32,000 nucleotides of DNA, taken from positions 90,001 to 122,000 of the forward strand of contig NZ_NVQC01000016.1 of NCBI RefSeq assembly GCF_003044035.1, given 5' to 3'. Shown here one piece after another: positions 9,211 to 17,405 of the stretch. Position 1 is the first letter of the stretch, and each line of letters starts with the position of its first letter. The position numbers were made by a program, and so were the translations under genes. This stretch comes from Candidatus Methylomirabilis limnetica. GTDB taxonomy: Bacteria; Methylomirabilota; Methylomirabilia; Methylomirabilales; Methylomirabilaceae. The notes under the pieces were generated by a model. The model was not told the DNA's origin. It searched no databases and saw only the letters and a program-made list of their open reading frames with translations.

Positions 9211-9870
9211 ATGGGGGAACGCTGGTGGATGAGTGTCGGATGGGCAGGGCTCCTGTGCCTGGTGTTCGTTGCGGTCGGATGCGCAACGGCCCAGATTGCG
9301 GAGCAACGGGTCGTCAGCGGCCGGATTACCGATCAACAGGGCCGGCCCGTGCCGGGAACGCCCGTGCTGGTGGTGGGACGGCGGCTTGATTTCACCACGA
9401 AGTTTGACTACGCGGAACTTGACCGGCGGGGGCTGAAAGTCCTGACTGCCGACGACGGCTGGTACAGGGCCGAGTTCATCCCCAGCGAACTCGGAAATAA
9501 CCTCTACCTATTCTTCCATGCCGAAGAGGGGTTCGATGGTGTCCGGTTTCAAAAGCCGGAAGGGATCGACATCACCAAGCGGCTAAAGGAGGGCAGAGAG
9601 CTGAGATTAGATCAACTGCTTCTCGACCATCCGCAATGGAAGGAGGTACAGCGACAGATCGCGGAGTTCGGGGCGGATTCAGCAAGGGGAAAGGTCCTGC
9701 GTCAGTTGGGTCTTCCGGAGCGAATCGACCGTGGAGCCGGCAACCAGCCCGCCGAGACTTGGTGGTATTACGGTAAGGGGATCAGCTACCGTTTTGCCGG
9801 GCCTGTGATCGGGGGTTCGTATACGTTCCAGCCTATCCGAGGCGTGCTGCCGCCTGTCCCCACGAAGTAA
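9211..9870 (+). CDS. secreted protein / possible lipoprotein with a carboxypeptidase-regulatory-like beta-sandwich motif
   Basis: ATG 9211 is preceded by GGAGG (9202-9206). The signal-like N-terminus is MGERWWMSVGWAGLLCLVFVAVGCATAQ. GRITDQQGRPVPGTPVLVVG resembles CarboxypepD_reg repeats. The ORF-track start 9109 lacks an SD. Confidence 0.6.
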   Translation: MGERWWMSVGWAGLLCLVFVAVGCATAQIAEQRVVSGRITDQQGRPVPGTPVLVVGRRLDFTTKFDYAELDRRGLKVLTADDGWYRAEFIPSELGNNLYLFFHAEEGFDGVRFQKPEGIDITKRLKEGRELRLDQLLLDHPQWKEVQRQIAEFGADSARGKVLRQLGLPERIDRGAGNQPAETWWYYGKGISYRFAGPVIGGSYTFQPIRGVLPPVPTK

Positions 9871-9878
9871 CGCAAAGG

Positions 9879-9912
9879 TATAGCCTTCAGCTTTCAGTCT
9901 AAACACCTAATC
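9879..9912. repeat. REP-like arm (agccttc..cttcagtcta..cacct family), just upstream of uvrA
   Basis: tatagccttcagctttcagtctaaacacctaatc aligns with 30900-30927 (acagccttcgaccttcagtctatccacct). It is the reverse complement of the arm type at 17918-17946 and 30858-30878. Confidence 0.6.
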
Positions 9913-9930
9913 TGTAGGGGTTGGTCACGT

Positions 9931-12552
9931 ATGGCAAACAACAAGATTCTTATTCGGGGTGCGCGAGAGCACAACCTTCAGTCGATTGACCTGGAGATCC
10001 CTCGGGACAAGCTTGTGGTCATCACCGGCGTCTCCGGCTCCGGGAAGTCGTCGCTGGCGTTCGACACCATCTATGCCGAGGGTCAGCGTCGCTACGTCGA
10101 GTCGCTTTCTACGTACGCCCGTCAGTTCCTGGAGCAGATGGATAAACCGGACGTAGACCTGATCGAGGGGCTCTCGCCGGCGATCTCCATCGAGCAGAAG
10201 ACCACCAGCAAAAACCCCCGTTCGACCGTGGCGACAGTGACGGAGATCTACGATTACCTCCGCCTCCTGTTTGCCAGGGTGGGTAAGCCGCACTGTTACG
10301 CCTGCGGTAAGCCGATCGCGTCCCAGACGGTGCAGCAGATCGTGGACCAGGTGATGGCACTGCCGGATGGAAGTAAGTTCCAGGTCCTGGCCCCGGTCGT
10401 GCGAGGGCGGAAGGGGGAGTACCGCCAGGTCTTCGCTGACCTGCGCCGGCAGGGATTCGTCCGCGTTCGTGTCGACGGTAAGCCTCGGGAATTGGAAGAG
10501 TCGATCGAGCTGGACAAAAATAAGAAGCACACGATCGAGGTGGTGGTGGATCGGCTCGTTCTGAAGGCGGATATTCAAAAACGGCTGGCTGATTCGCTCG
10601 AGACCGCGCTCAAGCTCAGCGAGGGGATTGTGGTAGTCAACCTCCTCGATCCGTCGAAGGATCTGACCTTCTCCGAGCGCCTGGCCTGCATCGACTGTGG
10701 CGTCAGCTATCCGGAAATCAGCCCTCGCATCTTCTCCTTCAATAGCCCGCACGGCGCCTGCCCCACGTGCGACGGCTTGGGCACGAAGCTGGACGGACGG
10801 ATGGACGATCTCCCGGGTATCCTGGAGCCGTGGCACGGTAAAGCGAACATCCACTATCTGGACCGCCGCTATAAGGAGACCTCTTCATCCAAGGTGCGGG
10901 AAGAGATTGAAGACTACGTCAAGCACTTGGCCAACGTCCGCCCCTGCCCGGATTGTCAGGGGACGCGCCTGCGGCGGGAGTCACTGGCTATCAAGGTAGA
11001 TGGCAAGTCGATCGCGGACGTGACGCATTACTCGGTCAAGGCGGGGCTGCGGTTCTTCCAGGACCTACAGTTCAGCGAGAAAGACCATGAGATCGCCCGC
11101 CGCATCCTGAAGGAGCTACGGGAGCGTCTGACGTTCCTCGTGAACGTCGGCCTCGACTACCTGACCCTGGACCGGACTGCGGCCACCCTGGCCGGCGGAG
11201 AGGCGCAACGAATCCGCTTGGCGACGCAGATCGGTAGCTCACTGGTCGGCGTCCTGTACATCCTGGACGAGCCCAGCATTGGCTTGCATCAACGGGATAA
11301 TGTCCGCCTCCTGGATACCCTGAAGCGGCTCCGCGATTTGGGGAACACGGTCCTGGTTGTGGAGCACGACGAAGAGACGATCCGTCTTGCCGACTATGTC
11401 ATCGATATGGGCCCAGGGGCAGGGGTTTCTGGTGGGCGAGTCGTGGCGTGCGGGAGCCCTCGGGACATCATCAGACATAAGAGTTCGCTGACCGGTCAGT
11501 ACCTGTCGGGACGCATGACGATTCCTGTTCCTGCCCTTCGACGGCGAGGGAACGGGCGCGTCCTCACCATCATCGGAGCGCGAGAACATAACCTCAAGAA
11601 CATCGAGGTGGAGATCCCCCTGGGTGTGTTGACCTGCGTGACGGGCGTGTCCGGTTCCGGGAAGAGCACCCTGGTGAACGAGATCCTGCGGCGGGCGCTC
11701 GATCGCAAGCTCTACGGCTCTCGGGAGCGACCGGGAGCGCACGACAAGATTCTTGGCGCCGAGCATATCGACAAGGTGATCGATATCGATCAGTCGCCCA
11801 TCGGCCGCACCCCCCGCAGCAACCCGGCGACCTATACGGGCGTCTTCAATTTCATCAGGGAGCTGTACGCGCTGGTTCCGGAATCGCGTATCCGGGGCTA
11901 CAAGCTTGGCCGCTTCAGTTTCAATGTCAAGGGCGGCCGATGTGAGGCCTGCCAGGGCGACGGGCTGATCCAGATCGAGATGCACTTCCTCCCAGATGTC
12001 CACGTCACCTGTGATATCTGCAAGGGGGCCCGCTACAACCGGGAGACGCTGGAGATTATCTATAAGGGCAAGAGCATTGCCGATGTATTGGATATGACCG
12101 TACAAGAGGCGCTGGCCTTCTTTCAGCCTGTCCCCAAGATCAAGGAGAAACTTCAGACCCTTTTTGATGTTGGTCTTGGCTACATTAAACTGGGCCAGTC
12201 GGCCACGACGCTCTCTGGCGGTGAGGCGCAGCGAGTCAAGCTGTCGCGGGAACTCAGCAAGCGAGGGACCGGCCAGACCCTGTATATCCTGGATGAGCCG
12301 ACCACCGGGCTGCACTTCCACGATATCCGCCAACTCCTGGAGGTCCTGCACCGCCTGACCGATGCTGGCAACACCGTCGTAGTGATCGAGCACAACCTCG
12401 AGGTGATCAAAACGGCTGACTGGATCATCGACCTGGGCCCGGAGGGCGGCGATGAGGGAGGGCATGTCGTCGTAGCAGGCCAGCCGGAGGAGGTGGCCGC
12501 CCATCCGACCTCCTACACCGGCCAATTCCTGGCACGCACCCTGAAAGGCTAA
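9931..12552 (+). CDS. uvrA: excinuclease ABC subunit A (UvrA), 873 aa, with a shortened insertion domain
   Basis: N-terminal [52 protein letters not shown], two Walker A sites (GVSGSGKS twice), two LSGGE signatures and Zn modules CYAC/CIDC, CPTC/CPDC, CEAC..CDIC. Confidence 0.95.
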   Translation: MANNKILIRGAREHNLQSIDLEIPRDKLVVITGVSGSGKSSLAFDTIYAEGQRRYVESLSTYARQFLEQMDKPDVDLIEGLSPAISIEQKTTSKNPRSTVATVTEIYDYLRLLFARVGKPHCYACGKPIASQTVQQIVDQVMALPDGSKFQVLAPVVRGRKGEYRQVFADLRRQGFVRVRVDGKPRELEESIELDKNKKHTIEVVVDRLVLKADIQKRLADSLETALKLSEGIVVVNLLDPSKDLTFSERLACIDCGVSYPEISPRIFSFNSPHGACPTCDGLGTKLDGRMDDLPGILEPWHGKANIHYLDRRYKETSSSKVREEIEDYVKHLANVRPCPDCQGTRLRRESLAIKVDGKSIADVTHYSVKAGLRFFQDLQFSEKDHEIARRILKELRERLTFLVNVGLDYLTLDRTAATLAGGEAQRIRLATQIGSSLVGVLYILDEPSIGLHQRDNVRLLDTLKRLRDLGNTVLVVEHDEETIRLADYVIDMGPGAGVSGGRVVACGSPRDIIRHKSSLTGQYLSGRMTIPVPALRRRGNGRVLTIIGAREHNLKNIEVEIPLGVLTCVTGVSGSGKSTLVNEILRRALDRKLYGSRERPGAHDKILGAEHIDKVIDIDQSPIGRTPRSNPATYTGVFNFIRELYALVPESRIRGYKLGRFSFNVKGGRCEACQGDGLIQIEMHFLPDVHVTCDICKGARYNRETLEIIYKGKSIADVLDMTVQEALAFFQPVPKIKEKLQTLFDVGLGYIKLGQSATTLSGGEAQRVKLSRELSKRGTGQTLYILDEPTTGLHFHDIRQLLEVLHRLTDAGNTVVVIEHNLEVIKTADWIIDLGPEGGDEGGHVVVAGQPEEVAAHPTSYTGQFLARTLKG

Positions 12553-12794
12553 GAGGGGTAGAGACCACGCGTGTACCCGCCACTTTTTGGCGCAACTCAT
12601 CAACCCGCCGCCGACCCTTTCACCCCAGCACCCCACTGCGAAAGTCGACTCCTCAGGAGAATCTATGGGTAGATTCTGGCCCGGGTAAAGCGCCAAGCGT
12701 ATGATGCAAGGCGATTTCAGTCGCATGATAGGTTCGAGAACCATACGCTTTTCTGGTAGTCAGTTTCGCTTTGGTGCTAAAACCCTCCACCTCT

Positions 12795-12938
12795 CTATGT
12801 CTGGCGGTTCACCTCTACCCCCAGGATGTCAGAGGCTTTTGTTTGGAGTTCTACCAATGCCTCGGCCCGCTCTGCTCTGGCTCTGAGCCGCGCCTTCTCC
12901 CTATCCCTATCCCTCTCCATCACCGACACGTTCCTCTC
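12795..12938 (-). pseudogene. possible transposase coiled-coil fragment (family uncertain)
   Basis: Minus-frame ...MERDRDREKARLRARAERAEALVELQTKASDILGVEVNRQT* resembles the leucine-zipper/ELQKK-type N-terminal segments of some DDE transposases. Recall only. No complete ORF. Confidence 0.2.
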
Positions 12939-13145
12939 CAAGTGATCTTTTCCCCTTGGTGTCGGCCCCCGTTGCTTGGGCGTAAGTCATGTGACCTCAC
13001 CCAAAAATAGAGATCGCCATAGCCGAGACACTGCTATACGCCGATCACCGCCGTTTTACGACCTCATGACATATGATGTACCCCGAAAACCGGACAGGGG
13101 GGGGGTGAGTGAGAATCTTCCGTGTCTGGAGTATCACCAGAGTAG

Positions 13146-13330
13146 GTGCGGATCATGACGAGAAGTCTCAGACGGCAACACAGTGAGGAGGTCAAGGCGT
13201 GGGCAGTGTTGGAGGCGCATCCAGTCCAGATGAGCCAGTGGAAGAAGCTAGCGAAGGAGGGTCTTCAGGATCTGTTCTCTCGACGGAAAGACTTGTCCAT
13301 CAAGGCGGAAGCAGAATTATCAATTCGACG
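13146..13330 (+). pseudogene. IS3-family OrfA (HTH transposase) remnant with an internal deletion
   Basis: RRQHSEEVKAWAVLEA / HPVQMSQWKKLAKEGLQDLFSRRKDLSIKAEAE matches the IS3 OrfA pattern FSPEFKAKVALEAL...VHPNQISQWKRQLLEG..FS (recall). The HTH core between the two blocks is missing, and there is no OrfB/DDE part. Confidence 0.45.
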
Positions 13331-13722
13331 GCGTCGTCGTGGTCGGTCAGACGGTGATCGTAGCGCTGGACCTCACCCGCGACAGGGAGAAGAAGCTCCA
13401 TGGACTGACTGCCCCTTTGGTCTACGGAAATAACGCCGATTTCTTATAGGAAAGCGGCGAGGTTGTCGAACGGGTTCATCGCAGTCAGCGCATTGGGAAT
13501 AGGTGTGATCTCAGCTCCTTTTACGCTAGCACATGACACTTTATGTCATACGCAGTGCTACTTATTAGCAATAGCTCTCCCACTCTAAGCTAGTACGTAT
13601 TGGTAAGTAGCGGTTTTACTGCTGTTTAATTGTGGTCCAATCTTTGCAGATAGGCTTAAGTGGTTTACCTCTCGCAATGTGTTTTGTGGGTATCGGTGTC
13701 AACGAGAAGAAGAGACAGTTCA

Positions 13723-14118
13723 ATGAGATGCTTGGCGAATTTAAGCAGGTCGAAAAGAAACATTATGATCTGCTTGGTCGCACAGCTTGTATTTATCACA
13801 GGATGCGGACTTCATTCGGAAGTTCCGGCGATCTCAGGCGAAGTCAGTACGCCAGGGTTTGCACTAACTACATCCGCCGAGCACCGAGTGCATCTTTCTG
13901 GGTGGCTACACATCATCTGGAACGGTGAGCCTCGGTTCGTCCTTATTGACGACCAGGGTACGGCTACCCATGTTGTCATCGATGAAACTGTAGCCAAAAC
14001 CTTCGGAGGACCTAGAAAGCTGAATCAGAAGCGCGTGATCATTACAGGAGAGCGCATGGACGAGCCAATCGAGACGATCCGAGTTCTATCGATCGAAATG
14101 GGAAAGGATGGGAAGTAA
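13723..14118 (+). CDS. small lipoprotein, paralogous to the N-terminal domain of the downstream metalloprotease
   Basis: MRCLANLSRSKRNIMICLVAQLVFITGC has a basic n-region and an ITGC lipobox. The stop lies 2 nt before the protease ATG. Shared blocks with protease residues about 66-150: SG.LHI, L(I/L)DD, G.P..(L/I)NQ(K/Q)RV.(I/V)TG. Alternative start ATG 13765. Confidence 0.55.
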   Translation: MRCLANLSRSKRNIMICLVAQLVFITGCGLHSEVPAISGEVSTPGFALTTSAEHRVHLSGWLHIIWNGEPRFVLIDDQGTATHVVIDETVAKTFGGPRKLNQKRVIITGERMDEPIETIRVLSIEMGKDGK

Positions 14119-14120
14119 AC

Positions 14121-16397
14121 ATGCTAAAGGGAGAACAGATAATCAGGCAATGCCATAAACGTCTGCACGCAGCGCTCCTTCTCTTCACCTTCAGCTTGCT
14201 GTCGTTAACTCCAAGCACTATGTACGCGAACAGCGATACTCTCCCTGCGACGAAGGGGCTATCAAGGACCGCGCAACTGGCGAACAAGTCCCTGCTAAAT
14301 GTTGGGCCAACGGAAACCTTCTCTGGTCGGCTCCATATTCTCTATGGAGATGCTCCTTCTGGATCGGGACTCCCCCCGACCTCCGGTTACATGTTGCTCG
14401 ACGATCATGCTCGGGCCATCGAATTATTTTTTGGTGAGCAGGCACAGGGCCTTCTCGGGTCTCCAATGGAGATCAATCAGCAACGAGTCTCCGTGACGGG
14501 TCGAGCGGCCATCCTTCCGATTGCGAATGGTCACACGCCTGTGCCGCTAGTAACCGTCCAGGCGCTTCAACACGAGGGGTTGAAGCCTGCCGCCAACGCG
14601 GTGGCAGCGGCATTGGCCGTGAGCGGGTCCCAGCCTTGGGCAACGCTTCTGTGTCGATTCAAAGATTCTGCAGAGGTTACGCCACATCCTGTCGAATGGT
14701 TTAAAACCCTCATGTTGGGTACCTCCGCTCCAGGGTTGGAACACTATTGGAGAGAACTCTCCTTCAATAACGTCAATCTCGCCGGTAGCGCGGTCTACGG
14801 GTGGTACACGCTTCCTAACCCACGCTCCTATTACGTCTCTGGAAGTCCCGAACAACTTAACCACCAAAAAGCTGCCACCGACTGTACGGCCGCCGCGAAT
14901 CCTGATGTGTTATTCCCAACGTTTGTCGGCATCAACCTCATGTTCAATGGTCAGCTTGATGGCTACGCCTGGGGGGGAAGCTGGACCATGACGCTAGACG
15001 GGGTTACTAAGTCTTTTCGCATGACATGGCTTCCCCCATGGGGATATGAGAACCAGGGACCGGTTGGACACGAAATGGGGCATGGATTTGGGCTTCCACA
15101 CTCCTCCGGTGACTATGGCCAGACCTATGATTCCCGGTGGGATGTCATGAGCGATATTTGGGACAACTGTAGGGTATCGCGTGATCCGATTTACGGATGT
15201 GTCGGTCCCCACACGATCTCCTACCACAAAGACTTCCTTGGGTGGGTCCCAAGCGCTCAGAAGTATACCGCTAGTCCCAACACAGATCAAACCATCACCA
15301 TGGATCACATTGGCCAACTCGCGTCAGGGACCAACTATCTGATGGCGCAGATTCCGATCAATGGGTCGACGACCCAGTTCTATACGGTTGAGACTCGACG
15401 CCTTGTGGGATACGACGCGAAACTCCCGGGTGAGGCCATAGTCATTCATCGCGTCGACACGGCCCGGTGGGATTCGGACGCACAAGTGGTCGATCCAGAT
15501 AGAAACGGTAATCCAAACGATGTGGGAGCAATGTGGGTGACGTCCGAGACCTTCGTCGACCCGACAAACGGCATTTCCGTCTCAGTACTCTCCTCTACAG
15601 CCACGTCGTTTGTGGTGCGAATCATGCTCGGCGACGCAAGACCGCCTTCGCCAGATCTGGTGATGTTTAATGTGGTCAATCCGCCGGCAACCGTTGCGAT
15701 GGGTGGCAGCTTCTTGACTGGCGACTCCATCTATAACTCGGGAACGGCAGCAGCAGGAGCATCAACTACCCGCTACCGACTGTCCATAGATGCGACCATC
15801 ACCGGCGGAGATATCCTCTTGACCGGCACTAGGAGCGTTCCAAGCCTAGCAGCAGGGATCAGCCACAGCGGTAGCGTGACCGTCACAGTACCTACGAGCG
15901 TTCCAGTGGGAACCTACTTCCTCGGTGCCTGCGCTGACGATCTCGGTGCTATCATAGAATCCAACGAGACGAATAACTGTCTCGCCTCGAAGACGACGAT
16001 CCAAGTGCAGGCTGTTCCAGCGCGACCCGACCTAGTGGTCAGTAAACTCAGCTTCAAGATAACCGCTGTGCGGAGAGGCGCCAGATTGACGGTGACCGAC
16101 ACCACCAAGAACGCTGGATCAACGGCAGCAGGAGCATCAACTACCCGCTACCGACTGTCCATAGATGCGACCATCACCGGCGGCGATATCCTCTTGACCG
16201 GCACTAGGAGCGTTCCAAGCCTAGCAGCAGGGATCAGCCACAGCGGTAGCGTGACCGTCACTGTACCTACGAGCGTTCCGGCGGGAACGTATTATCTCGG
16301 TGCGTGCGCTGACGATCCCGCTGTGGTGGCAGAAGCGAACGAGGGCAACAACTGTTTGGTCTCCAACAACCCGAAGCAGATCATAGTACGGAATTAG
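14121..16397 (+). CDS. secreted zinc metalloprotease (M6/InhA-like domain, HExxHxxGxxH motif) with two C-terminal CARDB domains
   Basis: Signal-like N-terminus. ATLLCRFKDS...LEHYWRELSFNNVNLAGSAVYGWYTLPNPRSYY resembles the M6-family domain. Zinc site is GHEMGHGFGLPHS. Two 125-aa units PDLV...NETNNC / PDLV...NEGNNC fit CARDB. Confidence 0.85.
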   Translation: MLKGEQIIRQCHKRLHAALLLFTFSLLSLTPSTMYANSDTLPATKGLSRTAQLANKSLLNVGPTETFSGRLHILYGDAPSGSGLPPTSGYMLLDDHARAIELFFGEQAQGLLGSPMEINQQRVSVTGRAAILPIANGHTPVPLVTVQALQHEGLKPAANAVAAALAVSGSQPWATLLCRFKDSAEVTPHPVEWFKTLMLGTSAPGLEHYWRELSFNNVNLAGSAVYGWYTLPNPRSYYVSGSPEQLNHQKAATDCTAAANPDVLFPTFVGINLMFNGQLDGYAWGGSWTMTLDGVTKSFRMTWLPPWGYENQGPVGHEMGHGFGLPHSSGDYGQTYDSRWDVMSDIWDNCRVSRDPIYGCVGPHTISYHKDFLGWVPSAQKYTASPNTDQTITMDHIGQLASGTNYLMAQIPINGSTTQFYTVETRRLVGYDAKLPGEAIVIHRVDTARWDSDAQVVDPDRNGNPNDVGAMWVTSETFVDPTNGISVSVLSSTATSFVVRIMLGDARPPSPDLVMFNVVNPPATVAMGGSFLTGDSIYNSGTAAAGASTTRYRLSIDATITGGDILLTGTRSVPSLAAGISHSGSVTVTVPTSVPVGTYFLGACADDLGAIIESNETNNCLASKTTIQVQAVPARPDLVVSKLSFKITAVRRGARLTVTDTTKNAGSTAAGASTTRYRLSIDATITGGDILLTGTRSVPSLAAGISHSGSVTVTVPTSVPAGTYYLGACADDPAVVAEANEGNNCLVSNNPKQIIVRN
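15750..15904 (+). repeat. intragenic near-identical repeat, copy 1 (core of CARDB domain 1)
   Basis: 153 of 155 nt are identical to 16125-16279 (offset 375 nt = 125 codons). Flanking parts of the two CARDB units are strongly diverged. Confidence 0.9.
16125..16279 (+). repeat. intragenic near-identical repeat, copy 2 (core of CARDB domain 2)
   Basis: See 15750-15904. The only mismatches are ggag/ggcg and cacagt/cactgt. Confidence 0.9.
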
Positions 16398-16468
16398 GGT
16401 CAGCGCGAACTTGATTCTTCGCGGTGTCCGGAGGAAGTGACCTACACGGCGTGGGACTTAGGACCATT

Positions 16469-16512
16469 CGCCAAGGTGGAATCTGTCGATGGTTGCAGAT
16501 TCCACCTTGGCG
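16469..16512. repeat. perfect 17-bp-stem hairpin (10-nt loop) downstream of the protease gene
   Basis: cgccaaggtggaatctg (16469-16485) and cagattccaccttggcg (16496-16512) are exact inverted repeats. There is no T-run on either side, so it is not a canonical intrinsic terminator. Confidence 0.85.
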
Positions 16513-16794
16513 TCAGTATGGAGCGTAGAGCTTCCTCACTTACGGATGCTGGACTGATCAAGATCGCTTTTCAGGCGGTACCAGCACGGGCCCATAAAGT
16601 CCGCATGAAGAAACGAAGGCATAGTGTGGACAGTATGCGCGGGCAGGGTGGAGAGTCAATAGTAGTGTGGGAGCACGCGCGGTGCGGCGCCGAGGCCGAT
16701 CTGAACACCGACGCGGACCTGTTGTGCTGCGAGCCGGGCCGCACGTCGGCAGACCGCTCCGATCGCGATGGTCGTACCCGTTTGCGTACATTCT

Positions 16795-17100
16795 TACAGG
16801 GTCAGTGTCGTCATCAGGGACAGGGTCATCAAGACGGGGCACGATGACCCTGCCCGACATCTCAGGCGATGCGTTGGCTGAAGAGACGCGCACACCTCTG
16901 CTCCCACAATCCGAGATGGCGAAGGATGCGCTCGATGCCCTGCCCCGGAGACCCGCCGCTATTAATCCCCGTGATTTCGGTGTCAAGTTCTTCAATCTGA
17001 CCCCCTTAGGGCGCACAAACCCCAGCGTGACCCGGCCACGGCCCTGAGGAGCGTGTTCGCGCAGTAGAGGAACACGGGTCCCGAAGTTGTCCTTAGGTGA
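16795..17100 (-). pseudogene. IS91-family (HUH/Y2 rolling-circle) transposase C-terminal remnant, with in-frame stop and frameshifts
   Basis: Minus-strand frames give ..ANTLLRAV.. / CAP*GGQI...ITGINSGGSPGQGIERILRHLGLWEQR / ..PRLDDPVPDDDTDPVRMYAN. These match my recollection of the IS91-type tail (WA.LL.RVF..D...CP.CGG.M.IIAFI....I.KIL.HLGLW....DDP.PD.D). The N-terminal two-thirds are absent. Recall only. Confidence 0.35.
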
Positions 17101-17405
17101 CCGTACCGGCGCGAGGCTCTACCCCGAGTTCTTCCAACGCGACAAGGCGTTGGCTCGTCGCGATCCTCCTCGCCCTCCTATGGCAAGACCGCCACCTTAC
17201 CCGTCGGGTACGTCTTCCTGAGGACCTGGCAACGGCATGTCCCGCCTGAGCACCCCCTCTAAACTGAAGTTCCTGCCAGCGCATAGCGAACGTTCCCTGT
17301 CTTTTCCGTTGATTAGCGCAAGAGTGGGGTTGTATTTTCTGTCTACACGTTGATCTGCTGAATCTGTTCGAGTGCACGCTTTTGCGTTGGGTTGAGGCTG
17401 GTGAT

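Noticed and set aside
9925-12744. Long minus-strand ORFs (9925..10854, 309 aa; 11239..12744, 501 aa) opposite uvrA
   Set aside because: They are antisense shadow ORFs of a high-G+C gene. Their composition is low-complexity and Arg/Leu/Asp-rich with no motifs, and uvrA on the plus strand is unambiguous.
16437-17047. ORFs 16437..16847 (+), 16558..17016 (-) and 16667..17047 (+)
   Set aside because: These are mutually overlapping Arg-rich ORFs with no motifs as whole proteins. The region is better explained as a decayed IS91-like remnant plus a hairpin.
17093-17377. 94-aa minus-strand ORF between the IS91-like remnant and the uvrA fragment
   Set aside because: Highly basic low-complexity translation. 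I could not match any frame here to a known family, so it is left unannotated.
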